Positions 56,704 to 64,000 of a stretch of DNA of 64,000 bases are shown here, piece by piece. Both the position numbers and the translations under genes were made by a program. Positions within the stretch are counted from its first letter, which is position 1. Each line of letters starts with the position of its first letter. This DNA is from Balneolaceae bacterium. Its GTDB lineage: Bacteria > Bacteroidota > Rhodothermia > Balneolales > Balneolaceae. The notes under the pieces are model-generated. The model had not been told where the DNA came from, searched no databases, and saw nothing but the letters and a program-made list of their open reading frames with translations. The stretch is from assembly GCA_031581145.1 (NCBI GenBank), contig JAVLBP010000005.1, positions 17,376 through 81,375 of the forward strand, in the 5' to 3' direction.

Positions 56704-58044
56704 TTAAGCTGGGCTAGCCTCAAGATTTGGAGCTGGTCCATCTGTTTCTGCCACAGGCTCTTCCACCTCTTCATTTTTTTCCCAGAAGAACAGGAAGAAA
56801 ATGACAGCAATGGCCAACGCAAAAATTGCTGGCATAATCCAAAACGAGGTAGCTCCAGCCAGCCACCCTTCTGTGGTGGATCCATCTAGCTGGATGCTAT
56901 CACCCCACCAGCCAAGCACATAATTGCCAATCAACATGCCTGCCCCATAGGTCAGGAGATTGAAAAAGCCTTGGGCGCTCGCTCGAAGATTTCGTGGTGC
57001 TTTTCGGTCTATGTATAACTGCCCGGTGACAAAGAAGAAGTCGTAGCTCACGCCATGAAGAGCAATTCCAAGTACAACAAGTGCCGCAGAACTTGGGAAT
57101 AGTCCAAAGAGAAGGTAGCGGGCGGTCCAGGCGAGCATCCCTATGAGAAGCATCCATTTGACACCCATACGAGCGAGTAACAAAGGAATCGCAATCATAA
57201 ACAGCACTTCAGACATCTGACCAATCGCCATGAACGATGCAGATTGTTCACCAAACTGAACAGCGGCAACAAAATCATTGGTGCGGGCATAATAGAATGC
57301 CAAGGGAATGCTAATGGCAAAACTACAGAGTGAAAAAACGGCAAAATTGCGGTTAGTGAGTAGTTTCACCGCATCTAGCCCAAGCGCACTCCCTACACTA
57401 AACTCCTCCCCTTTTTGTGCAGGAGGCGCAGGAGGCAGCGTGAGGCAATAAAACCCATAAATCACCGATAATATGGCAGCCATTTTTAATGGAATAGAAG
57501 TAGCCTGAGCATTGGCCTCACCTGTAATCAACTCAATAAGAGGTACGTCTACCCAGCCAAGGACAGTTTGTGCCACAATAAATCCTGCTAAAATCCATCC
57601 AACGGTGCCCCATACACGAATGTTTGGAAATTGCTTGTCAGGATCGTCAATGTTGGCAAAGGATACCGCATTCACCAAAGCAAGGGTTGGCATGTACAAG
57701 AAAAAGTAGCCAAGCATGAGCCAGATAAATGTGCCTGGATCCGTTACTCCAGAAGCATACCAAAGCACCCCCGCTCCCACAATGTGACAGAAAGCCAACA
57801 CTCGCTCTGCATTGAAAAATCGATCAGCAATGAGGCCAACGAGCACAGGTGCCAAAAGACCTGCCCAATTATGCGTCGCGTAGGCACTTCCGATAATGGA
57901 ATTGATACCTTCCTCACCACTAAAAATATTGAGCATATAGCTGCCCATCGTGACGAAAAAAGCACCCCAGATAAAGAACTGTAAAAACATCATGAGGCTT
58001 AGTCGAAACATGACGGCGCCTTGTTGTGATGGTGTTTGTGACAT
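56704..58044 (-). CDS. MFS transporter, nucleoside:H+ symporter (NupG/XapB-like) family
   Basis: 446 aa with about 12 TM helices. The N-terminal LSLMMFLQFFIWGAFFVTMGSYM parallels E. coli NupG LSFLQFCLWGSWLTTLGSYMF, and GLIADRF parallels GIVADKW. Confidence 0.82.
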   Translation of the reverse strand: MSQTPSQQGAVMFRLSLMMFLQFFIWGAFFVTMGSYMLNIFSGEEGINSIIGSAYATHNWAGLLAPVLVGLIADRFFNAERVLAFCHIVGAGVLWYASGVTDPGTFIWLMLGYFFLYMPTLALVNAVSFANIDDPDKQFPNIRVWGTVGWILAGFIVAQTVLGWVDVPLIELITGEANAQATSIPLKMAAILSVIYGFYCLTLPPAPPAQKGEEFSVGSALGLDAVKLLTNRNFAVFSLCSFAISIPLAFYYARTNDFVAAVQFGEQSASFMAIGQMSEVLFMIAIPLLLARMGVKWMLLIGMLAWTARYLLFGLFPSSAALVVLGIALHGVSYDFFFVTGQLYIDRKAPRNLRASAQGFFNLLTYGAGMLIGNYVLGWWGDSIQLDGSTTEGWLAGATSFWIMPAIFALAIAVIFFLFFWEKNEEVEEPVAETDGPAPNLEASPA

Positions 58045-58190
58045 AGTGTGTTGGAATGAATGAAATGAACTTTAAAAAAGCGTTTTTTTACGCAGATTTC
58101 AAGAGAGGATGAACTTTAGTACTTTTCATGTCCAAGATTTGAGTCAAATATGGGTCATTAAAGGCCCTAAATGTCCAGAAGAACAAGAGC

Positions 58191-59345
58191 ATGAGCAAAA
58201 TACGATTGGCAATGGTAGGAGGGGGTCAGGGTGCCTTCATTGGTGCTGTCCACAGAACGGCTGCATGGATAGATGGGCAAGCAGAATTTGTCGCTGGATC
58301 CTTTAGCTCCAACCCTGAAAAGTGTAAAGAAACAGGCCAAGATTTATACATGGACCCCAATCGGGTCTACGAGACCTATTCGCAAATGATCGAAGCGGAA
58401 GCCTCAAGGCCCAAAGACGATAGAATCCATGCGGTTTCAATTGTTACACCCAATCATCTTCATGCAGCGCCTGCACTCGAAGCGATGGCGCAAGGCTTTC
58501 ATGTGATTGTTGATAAGCCGATGGCCTTTTCCGTCGAAGAGGGCATAGAGATGGAAACAACGGCTCGTGAACATAACGTGTTACTCGCTGTCACCCACAC
58601 CTACAGTGGGTATCCAATGCTTAAAGAGATGAAACATCGAGTCGCTAGGGGAGATATTGGCACCATACGAAAGATTTTTGTTGAATACCCCCAAGGATGG
58701 CTGTCCACCGGCTTGGAGCAGGAAGGCCAAAAACAAGCCTCCTGGCGCACGGATCCCAGTAAATCAGGCGCGGGTGGAGCCGTCGGCGATATTGGTACCC
58801 ACGCAGCACATCTAGCAGAGTATGTTTCTGGCTCCTCCATCACCCACGTGGCGGCAGAGCTTGGAGTTCATGTGGAGGGTCGCAGACTCGATGATGACGC
58901 GGCTGCTTTGCTACGATTCGAAGAGGGGGCTACGGGCGTTTTGATGGCTACTCAGGTAGCTGCGGGTGAAGAAAACACCCTGAAACTTCGCATCTATGGA
59001 GAACTCGGAGGATTGGAATGGAGTCATGCGGATGCTAATACACTGATGTTTAAGCCACTTGATGCACCGATACAAACTCTTCGCACAGGAAATGGATACT
59101 TATGTGAAGCCGCGGCGAAGGCCTCTCGCATCCCCCCGGGACATCCTGAGGGGTATCTCGAAGCGTTTGCAAATCTCTACACGGAATTTTTTCGGGCTAT
59201 TCGTGATACACAAGCAGGTACACGTTCGACGTACGATTTTCCAGATGGAGTGGATGGGGTTCACGGTTTGCAATTTATCGATGCGATGATCCGTTCCTCC
59301 CATTCTGATCAAAAATGGACAGAAGTTGAGCGGTATAAGCCATGA
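58191..59345 (+). CDS. Gfo/Idh/MocA-family NAD(P)-dependent oxidoreductase
   Basis: 384 aa with the N-terminal Rossmann motif IRLAMVGGGQGAFIG and the EKP-like motif VDKPMA. Confidence 0.9.
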   Translation: MSKIRLAMVGGGQGAFIGAVHRTAAWIDGQAEFVAGSFSSNPEKCKETGQDLYMDPNRVYETYSQMIEAEASRPKDDRIHAVSIVTPNHLHAAPALEAMAQGFHVIVDKPMAFSVEEGIEMETTAREHNVLLAVTHTYSGYPMLKEMKHRVARGDIGTIRKIFVEYPQGWLSTGLEQEGQKQASWRTDPSKSGAGGAVGDIGTHAAHLAEYVSGSSITHVAAELGVHVEGRRLDDDAAALLRFEEGATGVLMATQVAAGEENTLKLRIYGELGGLEWSHADANTLMFKPLDAPIQTLRTGNGYLCEAAAKASRIPPGHPEGYLEAFANLYTEFFRAIRDTQAGTRSTYDFPDGVDGVHGLQFIDAMIRSSHSDQKWTEVERYKP

Positions 59346-59449
59346 ATTTGACAGACGAACGCAACGCTTAAGAATGCATTGCCGCGTTTAGCAATCAAAG
59401 AGGGTACCTAAATCATCGATTCACAAGAACATCAACGTACAATCATACC

Positions 59450-60511
59450 ATGAAAACCATTCAAGGACCTGCCATTTTTCTAGCTCAATTTGTGGGTGAT
59501 CAAGAGCCATTCAACACCCTTGAAGGGATGTGTCAATGGGCTGCAGATTTAGGCTATAAAGGCATTCAAATCCCTACGTGGGAATCTCGCTTAATCGACC
59601 TCAAAAAGGTTGCCGAAAGCAAAGACTACGCCGAAGAGTATCGTGGCAAAATTGAGTCTTTTGGCCTTCAGATCACGGAGTTATCAACGCACCTTCAAGG
59701 GCAACTCGTGGCATTGCATCCAGCCTACCATCAAATGTTTGATGCCTTTGCCCCGAAAGAGCTTCACGGGAATCGAAGAGGCAAAATGGAGTGGGCAGCA
59801 GAACAGGTGAAGCTAGGCGCCAAAGCCAGTGCTAATCTTGGCTTGAAAGCTCAAGCAGTCTTTCCTGGCGCATTGATGTGGCACACCGTATATCCATGGC
59901 CGCAACGTCCAGCAGGACTGGTGGAGGATGGATTTAAGGAGCTGGCAAGGCTCTGGGAGCCCATTTTGAAGGTGTTTGACGATCAAGACGTTGAGGCATG
60001 CTTTGAGTTACATGCAGGCGAAGATATCCACGATGGGATTACTTTTGAGCGGTTTTTGGCAGCCACGGGTGACCACCCGAGAGTCAAAATGTTGTTTGAC
60101 CCATCCCATTTTATTTTGCAACACCTTGATTACCTCGAATTAATCGATATTTATCACCCCTACATTAAAGCGATGCATGTCAAGGATGCAGAGTTTATTA
60201 AATCGGGACGAAGTGGTGCCTGGGGTGGATATCAAGACTGGATTGATCGACCAGGACGTTTTCGTTCGATTGGTGACGGGCAAGTTGATTTTCGTGGAAT
60301 TTTTAGCCGACTCTCCAAAGTGGGATTTGAAGGGTGGGCTGTGCTTGAGTGGGAGTGTTGCATTAAATCACCAGAGCAAGGAGCCAAAGAGGGAGCACAA
60401 CGCATTAATGAATACATTATAGAGGTTACAGACAAAGCATTCGATGACTTTGCGGGTACCGATGCAGATCCTGCACTTAACCGACGAATTTTAGGCTTGG
60501 ATGAAGCATAA
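59450..60511 (+). CDS. Xylose-isomerase-like TIM-barrel protein (sugar phosphate isomerase/epimerase family)
   Basis: 353 aa with the pattern of conserved acidic/His residues (ELHAGEDIHD, FDPSHF, MHVKD, LEWE) typical of AP endonuclease 2/xylose isomerase-like barrels. Confidence 0.82.
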   Translation: MKTIQGPAIFLAQFVGDQEPFNTLEGMCQWAADLGYKGIQIPTWESRLIDLKKVAESKDYAEEYRGKIESFGLQITELSTHLQGQLVALHPAYHQMFDAFAPKELHGNRRGKMEWAAEQVKLGAKASANLGLKAQAVFPGALMWHTVYPWPQRPAGLVEDGFKELARLWEPILKVFDDQDVEACFELHAGEDIHDGITFERFLAATGDHPRVKMLFDPSHFILQHLDYLELIDIYHPYIKAMHVKDAEFIKSGRSGAWGGYQDWIDRPGRFRSIGDGQVDFRGIFSRLSKVGFEGWAVLEWECCIKSPEQGAKEGAQRINEYIIEVTDKAFDDFAGTDADPALNRRILGLDEA

Positions 60512-60529
60512 TTAAACCCTCAATCCGAA

Positions 60530-61906
60530 GTGAATCAACCCAGCAGTTATTTCAAGAACCATACGATGAACAAGACGCCCAACCCAACAACTACCCCTAT
60601 CCAAGATTACGTCAATCTTGTGAATCCAGACTCTCAGTGGATTACAAACATGAGTGTGGATCAGGCCAAAGAGATTATCCGGTCTGGAGATCCCAAGGGT
60701 GTTGAGCAAATCCAAGGCTCCTATGCTCTGGCTGAAAAAGTTGGGCAGACGGTTTGGTTGGCACGATCGTTGAGTCGCCCATTACGATACTTTATGGCCA
60801 AGCAAGAGGCGGGGCCTTTGCTGGTGATTGCTGAGCGTATAGATGAGATCTACGAGTACCTCAAAACGCTGGGACTTCACGAACAATTCAATCCAGTCTA
60901 CACCCGTATGGTGCCTGCCCATTATGTCGTTCGGTTAGAGGTGGTGGGTTGTCCTGATCCAAATCCTCAGTATGAGCGCTATTATACCCCATCAGAAGAG
61001 ACTATGCCTGTCGATATTGATGAGGTTGGACGAGCCTATGTAGGATCTATGGCTGATGAGGTGTCTACGTGGTTACAATCGATTGACGAAAAGGAACCCA
61101 TTGGCGTCCTGTTATCGGGAGGAATTGATAGTGGCTCTGTATTCTTGGTAACACTCCACCAAATGCTCAAAATGGGGATGTCGCCCACTCGGCTCAAAGC
61201 GTTTACGCTAAATGTGGATGGTGGAAGTGATGCCGAGCAGACAAGAGAGTTCCTAGAACAACTCGGTATGAGTATGTATCTCGAAGAGATGGACGCAACG
61301 GTTGACGAAGTTGATATTCATGAGACCATACGTGTTATAGAGGACTACAAACAGCGAGATGTTGAGGCGGCAAGTATGGTCTTGACCCTTGTGAAAAAAA
61401 TTCGTGAGCGTTACCCAGAATGGACATGGATTCTTGACGGGGACGGAGGCGATGAAAACCTCCGGTCCTATCCAATTGAGGAAAACCCCGAGCTTACCAT
61501 TCGTAGTGTGCTCAATAATCACCTACTCTATCATGAAGGGTGGGGTGTGGACAAAATTAAGCACTCTTTAACCTACAGTGGTGGCCTAAGCCGTGGGGTT
61601 GTTCGCACGCATGCTCCATTGGCATCCTATGAGTTCCGTGGATTTAGCCCCTATACAATGCCATCGGTGGTCGATACCGCCGAACGTATCCCATTTATTG
61701 AACTGACACAATGGTCCCATGAAGCCTTGTATGCACTCAAGGGGCAAGTTGTTCATGCAGGTGTGAAGGCGATAACTGGCTATGATCTACCGGTGTTTCC
61801 AAAACGTCGGATGCAAGAGGGTGCAGTTTCAAAAAAAGGGTATAAGAAGTTATTCGAAGGGGGTGAACTGGCTTGGAGACAATATTTTACATCTCTTTAT
61901 ATGTAG
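60530..61906 (+). CDS. Asparagine-synthetase-like ATP pyrophosphatase lacking the N-terminal glutaminase cysteine
   Basis: 458 aa (GTG 60530, alternative ATG 60566). It has the PP-loop VLLSGGIDSGS and an AsnB-type C-terminal domain (LDGDGGDE). No Cys follows any candidate start; the first Cys is in VVGCPDP. Confidence 0.8.
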   Translation: MNQPSSYFKNHTMNKTPNPTTTPIQDYVNLVNPDSQWITNMSVDQAKEIIRSGDPKGVEQIQGSYALAEKVGQTVWLARSLSRPLRYFMAKQEAGPLLVIAERIDEIYEYLKTLGLHEQFNPVYTRMVPAHYVVRLEVVGCPDPNPQYERYYTPSEETMPVDIDEVGRAYVGSMADEVSTWLQSIDEKEPIGVLLSGGIDSGSVFLVTLHQMLKMGMSPTRLKAFTLNVDGGSDAEQTREFLEQLGMSMYLEEMDATVDEVDIHETIRVIEDYKQRDVEAASMVLTLVKKIRERYPEWTWILDGDGGDENLRSYPIEENPELTIRSVLNNHLLYHEGWGVDKIKHSLTYSGGLSRGVVRTHAPLASYEFRGFSPYTMPSVVDTAERIPFIELTQWSHEALYALKGQVVHAGVKAITGYDLPVFPKRRMQEGAVSKKGYKKLFEGGELAWRQYFTSLYM

Positions 61907-61918
61907 CTGCTTGTACGT

Positions 61919-62818
61919 GTGAATCAAACCATCCCTAGACATGAACGATCGTTGCACAAATCGGTTCCTGATGCATCACAGCCGATTGCGGCCATTCGAG
62001 AAGAGGAGTTGGGATCAGATGGTCGTCTAAAACGTGTAGACACACTTTTTTTAAATAATAAGGAGTGCCCATTTCAGTGTGTGATGTGCGACCTGTGGAA
62101 ACACACGCTGGACGAGCCCACTCCACAAGGGGCGATTGTCCATCAAATAGACGTTGCACTGTCGACTCTCCCATCCGATGGCGAGGTCATTAAACTCTAC
62201 AATAGTGGTAATTTTTTTGATCGCAAAGCCATCCCGCCTGAGGACTATCCAGAGATTTGTGCTCGAATTGCTCGCTATGAACGGGTCATTCTCGAAAATC
62301 ATCCAAAGTTATGTGATGATCGAGTGCTTTCCTTCACAAAGCATTTACCATCTACGACTCGTGTGGAACTTGCTTTAGGAGTAGAGACAGTCCATCCACA
62401 ATGGCTGGAAGGATTGAACAAATCGATGACCCTTACAGATATCGAGCGTGCTGTACAATGGGCGCATGCCCAAGCGTTTGACGTACGAGCGTTTTTGTTG
62501 TTACATGCTCCAACGATTTCTAAACGTCATGAGGCTATGCAAGAGGTCTCATTGGACCAACGCCGTGATTGGACGCTAAAATCAGTAAAATGGGTTCAAG
62601 ACATGGGGTTTACAGCGGCTACACTCATTCCACTTCGACCCGACTTACTACCAGAAGGGGCAGGCGAAGCGCCGACTCTGCAAGAAGTCGAATGGACGGC
62701 AATAGCAGCGAAAAAAATCGCTGATCGCATGCGTCTTTTTGTAGATTGTTGGGATATGGATCCATCTGAACTCCTCAAGACCATCAATTCTCAGCCACCT
62801 AAAACCCAAACCTGTTGA
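61919..62818 (+). CDS. Small radical SAM enzyme (TIGR01210/RaSEA-like by motif pattern; unverified)
   Basis: 299 aa. The CX3CX2C cluster motif CPFQCVMC lies near residue 50. LYNSGNFFD, ILENHP and LALGVETVHPQWLEG-LNKSMTL..AFLLLHAP resemble the remembered block order of that family. It starts 12 nt after the AsnB-like stop. Confidence 0.78.
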   Translation: MNQTIPRHERSLHKSVPDASQPIAAIREEELGSDGRLKRVDTLFLNNKECPFQCVMCDLWKHTLDEPTPQGAIVHQIDVALSTLPSDGEVIKLYNSGNFFDRKAIPPEDYPEICARIARYERVILENHPKLCDDRVLSFTKHLPSTTRVELALGVETVHPQWLEGLNKSMTLTDIERAVQWAHAQAFDVRAFLLLHAPTISKRHEAMQEVSLDQRRDWTLKSVKWVQDMGFTAATLIPLRPDLLPEGAGEAPTLQEVEWTAIAAKKIADRMRLFVDCWDMDPSELLKTINSQPPKTQTC

Positions 62819-64000
62819 AACACCCAAAAAGCTTTGATGTTGTCATTGTTGGTTCCGGTTTTGCAGGGTCCTTGGCGGCGTCTGCCTTGCAAAAACAGGG
62901 AAAATCGGTTTTGCTGGTCGACAAGGGGAGTCATCCACGATTTGCTGTTGGGGAGTCTTCAACACCGCTGGCAGACATGTCGCTTCGTAGGATTGCGGCT
63001 CGCTATGACCTGCCATGGTTAGAACCTCTCTCACGCTTTGGGTCATGGCAAAAAAAGTATCCAACATTGTTATGTGGTCGGAAGCGTGGTTTCACCTACG
63101 TATTTCATGGTAAAAATCACGAGAAGAATCCTTTTTTGGTGGCTGCGAGCTCATCCAACGAATCCTCTGACACACAATGGTTCCGTCAAGATGTAGATCG
63201 ATTTTTGTGTGATCGGGCAAAAGATGAAGGGGTCACGTTCTGGGATTTTACCGAAGTCCTTTTTTGTGAGCGACAGTCAGCCACTCCAGGCCGTGAGGCT
63301 CAAAGGAGGTGGCAGGTCACACTAATGAACAAACTCGGTATTCAGCCGATTTATACAGATTGGATTTTGGACGCCACCGGGAGTGGTGAATTCTCTTCCC
63401 ACCATTTTGACCTTCAGCATTCATCGGACGGATTTAAGACGCATACCTCAGCTATTTATACCCATTTTGAGGAGATGCCATTATGGTTCCATCAACCCAA
63501 CGAGTATACGTATCCGCCTGACTTTTCAGCTCTTCATCATATGTTGGATGAAGGTTGGATTTGGATGCTTCGTTTTGAAAACCAACGACTCAGTGTGGGC
63601 TTGGTTCTTGAGGGCGTATCCAATCCTAGTAAGGAGCAGTGGGCCCAAAAAGAGCAGTGGGACCCAAAAGAGCAGTGGGATCAAGTGGTTGCTCGTTATC
63701 CCGAGCTTGAAGGTTTTCTGTTGGGTAGGACGCAATCTGCTGATTTACCCGCACAATGGATGACGACAGGTCGACTTCAACGTCGCGCAAATGCAGCGGT
63801 GGGAGATGGCTGGGTGTTGCTTCCACATTCTTATGGCTTTGTGGACCCTATGCACAGTACCGGAATTGCCCATACGCTTCATGGAGTCGAGCAAGTGGTG
63901 GATGCGTTGCTCATGGACGATAGTGCCTCGCAAACAAAGCGACTAGAATCATACCAAAAAGCACTCAAAAAGGAGATTGAGCTCATAGACAATGTCGTTG
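62815..64000 (+). CDS. FAD-dependent oxidoreductase, flavin-halogenase/monooxygenase-like (3' end cut by window edge)
   Basis: My own translation from TTG 62815, which overlaps the upstream TGA by 3 nt (62815..62817 vs 62816..62818), reads KHPKSFDVVIVGSGFAGSLAASALQKQGKSVLLVDKGSHPRFAVGESSTP...GWIWMLRF...GDGWVLLPHSYGFVDPMHSTG. It stays open to 64000. The in-frame stop at 62800..62802 leaves TTG as the only plausible start ahead of the Rossmann motif. Confidence 0.8.
   Translation, partial: MKHPKSFDVVIVGSGFAGSLAASALQKQGKSVLLVDKGSHPRFAVGESSTPLADMSLRRIAARYDLPWLEPLSRFGSWQKKYPTLLCGRKRGFTYVFHGKNHEKNPFLVAASSSNESSDTQWFRQDVDRFLCDRAKDEGVTFWDFTEVLFCERQSATPGREAQRRWQVTLMNKLGIQPIYTDWILDATGSGEFSSHHFDLQHSSDGFKTHTSAIYTHFEEMPLWFHQPNEYTYPPDFSALHHMLDEGWIWMLRFENQRLSVGLVLEGVSNPSKEQWAQKEQWDPKEQWDQVVARYPELEGFLLGRTQSADLPAQWMTTGRLQRRANAAVGDGWVLLPHSYGFVDPMHSTGIAHTLHGVEQVVDALLMDDSASQTKRLESYQKALKKEIELIDNVV
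63630..63683. repeat. 18-nt in-frame tandem repeat x3 inside the FAD enzyme
   Basis: aaggagcagtgggcccaa / aaagagcagtgggaccca / aaagagcagtgggatcaa at 63630..63647, 63648..63665 and 63666..63683. Together they encode KEQWAQ KEQWDP KEQWDQ. Confidence 0.9.

Noticed and set aside
60759-60773. Sigma-54 promoter-like element TGGCAC-N5-TTGA
   Set aside because: It lies inside the AsnB-like CDS. The -12 element deviates from TTGC. No gene start follows at a suitable distance. A second look-alike near 35622 has the wrong spacing.
60530-62818. Lasso-peptide or other RiPP cluster (AsnB-like cyclase plus radical SAM)
   Set aside because: There is no transglutaminase-like leader protease, no PqqD-like RRE, and no ABC exporter. 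No plausible short precursor ORF exists in the 18-nt and 12-nt gaps or just upstream. The AsnB-like protein is also shorter than typical lasso cyclases. I kept it only as a remote alternative.
1-64000. Any defence island, toxin-antitoxin pair, retron, DGR or prophage
   Set aside because: No nuclease/helicase/ATPase combinations, reverse transcriptase, small paired ORFs, or phage structural or integration genes were recognisable on either strand. There is no unannotated gap longer than about 250 bp that could hide one.

Overview
This window is a chromosomal segment with roughly 50% G+C in hand-sampled lines. Its gene content points to an FCB-group bacterium (Bacteroidota/Rhodothermota/Balneolota-like). 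The clues are sigma-54, a fused E1 alpha/beta 2-oxoacid dehydrogenase, a propeller/Y_Y_Y sensor kinase, a DUF4838-like protein, a Cys-less AccD N-terminus and a CNNM/GldE-like protein. I call about 55 protein genes and 4 tRNAs (Arg, Cys, Glu, His, all on the minus strand). I see no rRNA, CRISPR array, transposase, integrase, phage gene or recognisable defence gene. Most of the window is housekeeping: recX-recA, tatD, pdxB, deoA, xseA, pyrC, tsaB, accD, obg, dprA, rpoN, serS, dusB, fbaB, rpsU, mutY, fumC, ctaB/ctaA and mgsA. Five things deserve a second look. (1) A 417-bp direct repeat of internal dusB sequence (415/417 identical by eye) brackets a low-GC 2.7-kb insert. The insert carries one DUF4838-like gene and a foreign-looking dus 3' tail, and a dus pseudogene fragment is left beside serS. 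(2) A lipid-type locus (SDR reductase, two GT4 glycosyltransferases, a serine-palmitoyltransferase-like alpha-oxoamine synthase and a large GNAT acyltransferase) mirrors the logic of bacterial (glyco)sphingolipid or capnoid synthesis. (3) A tightly coupled triad runs off the window end: a glutaminase-less AsnB-like ATP-amidoligase, a small radical SAM enzyme and a flavin halogenase-like oxidoreductase. It sits downstream of sugar-modifying genes and a nucleoside-type MFS permease, and I know of no described pathway for it. (4) The window is unusually rich in short head-to-tail tandem repeats. Every coding one has a unit divisible by 3, and the two clearly intergenic ones (16 and 19 nt) do not. 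(5) A visibly low-GC two-component module has a glycan-sensor-like periplasmic domain. All coordinates were located by hand and may be off by 1-2 nt. All family names come from motif recognition, not database searches.
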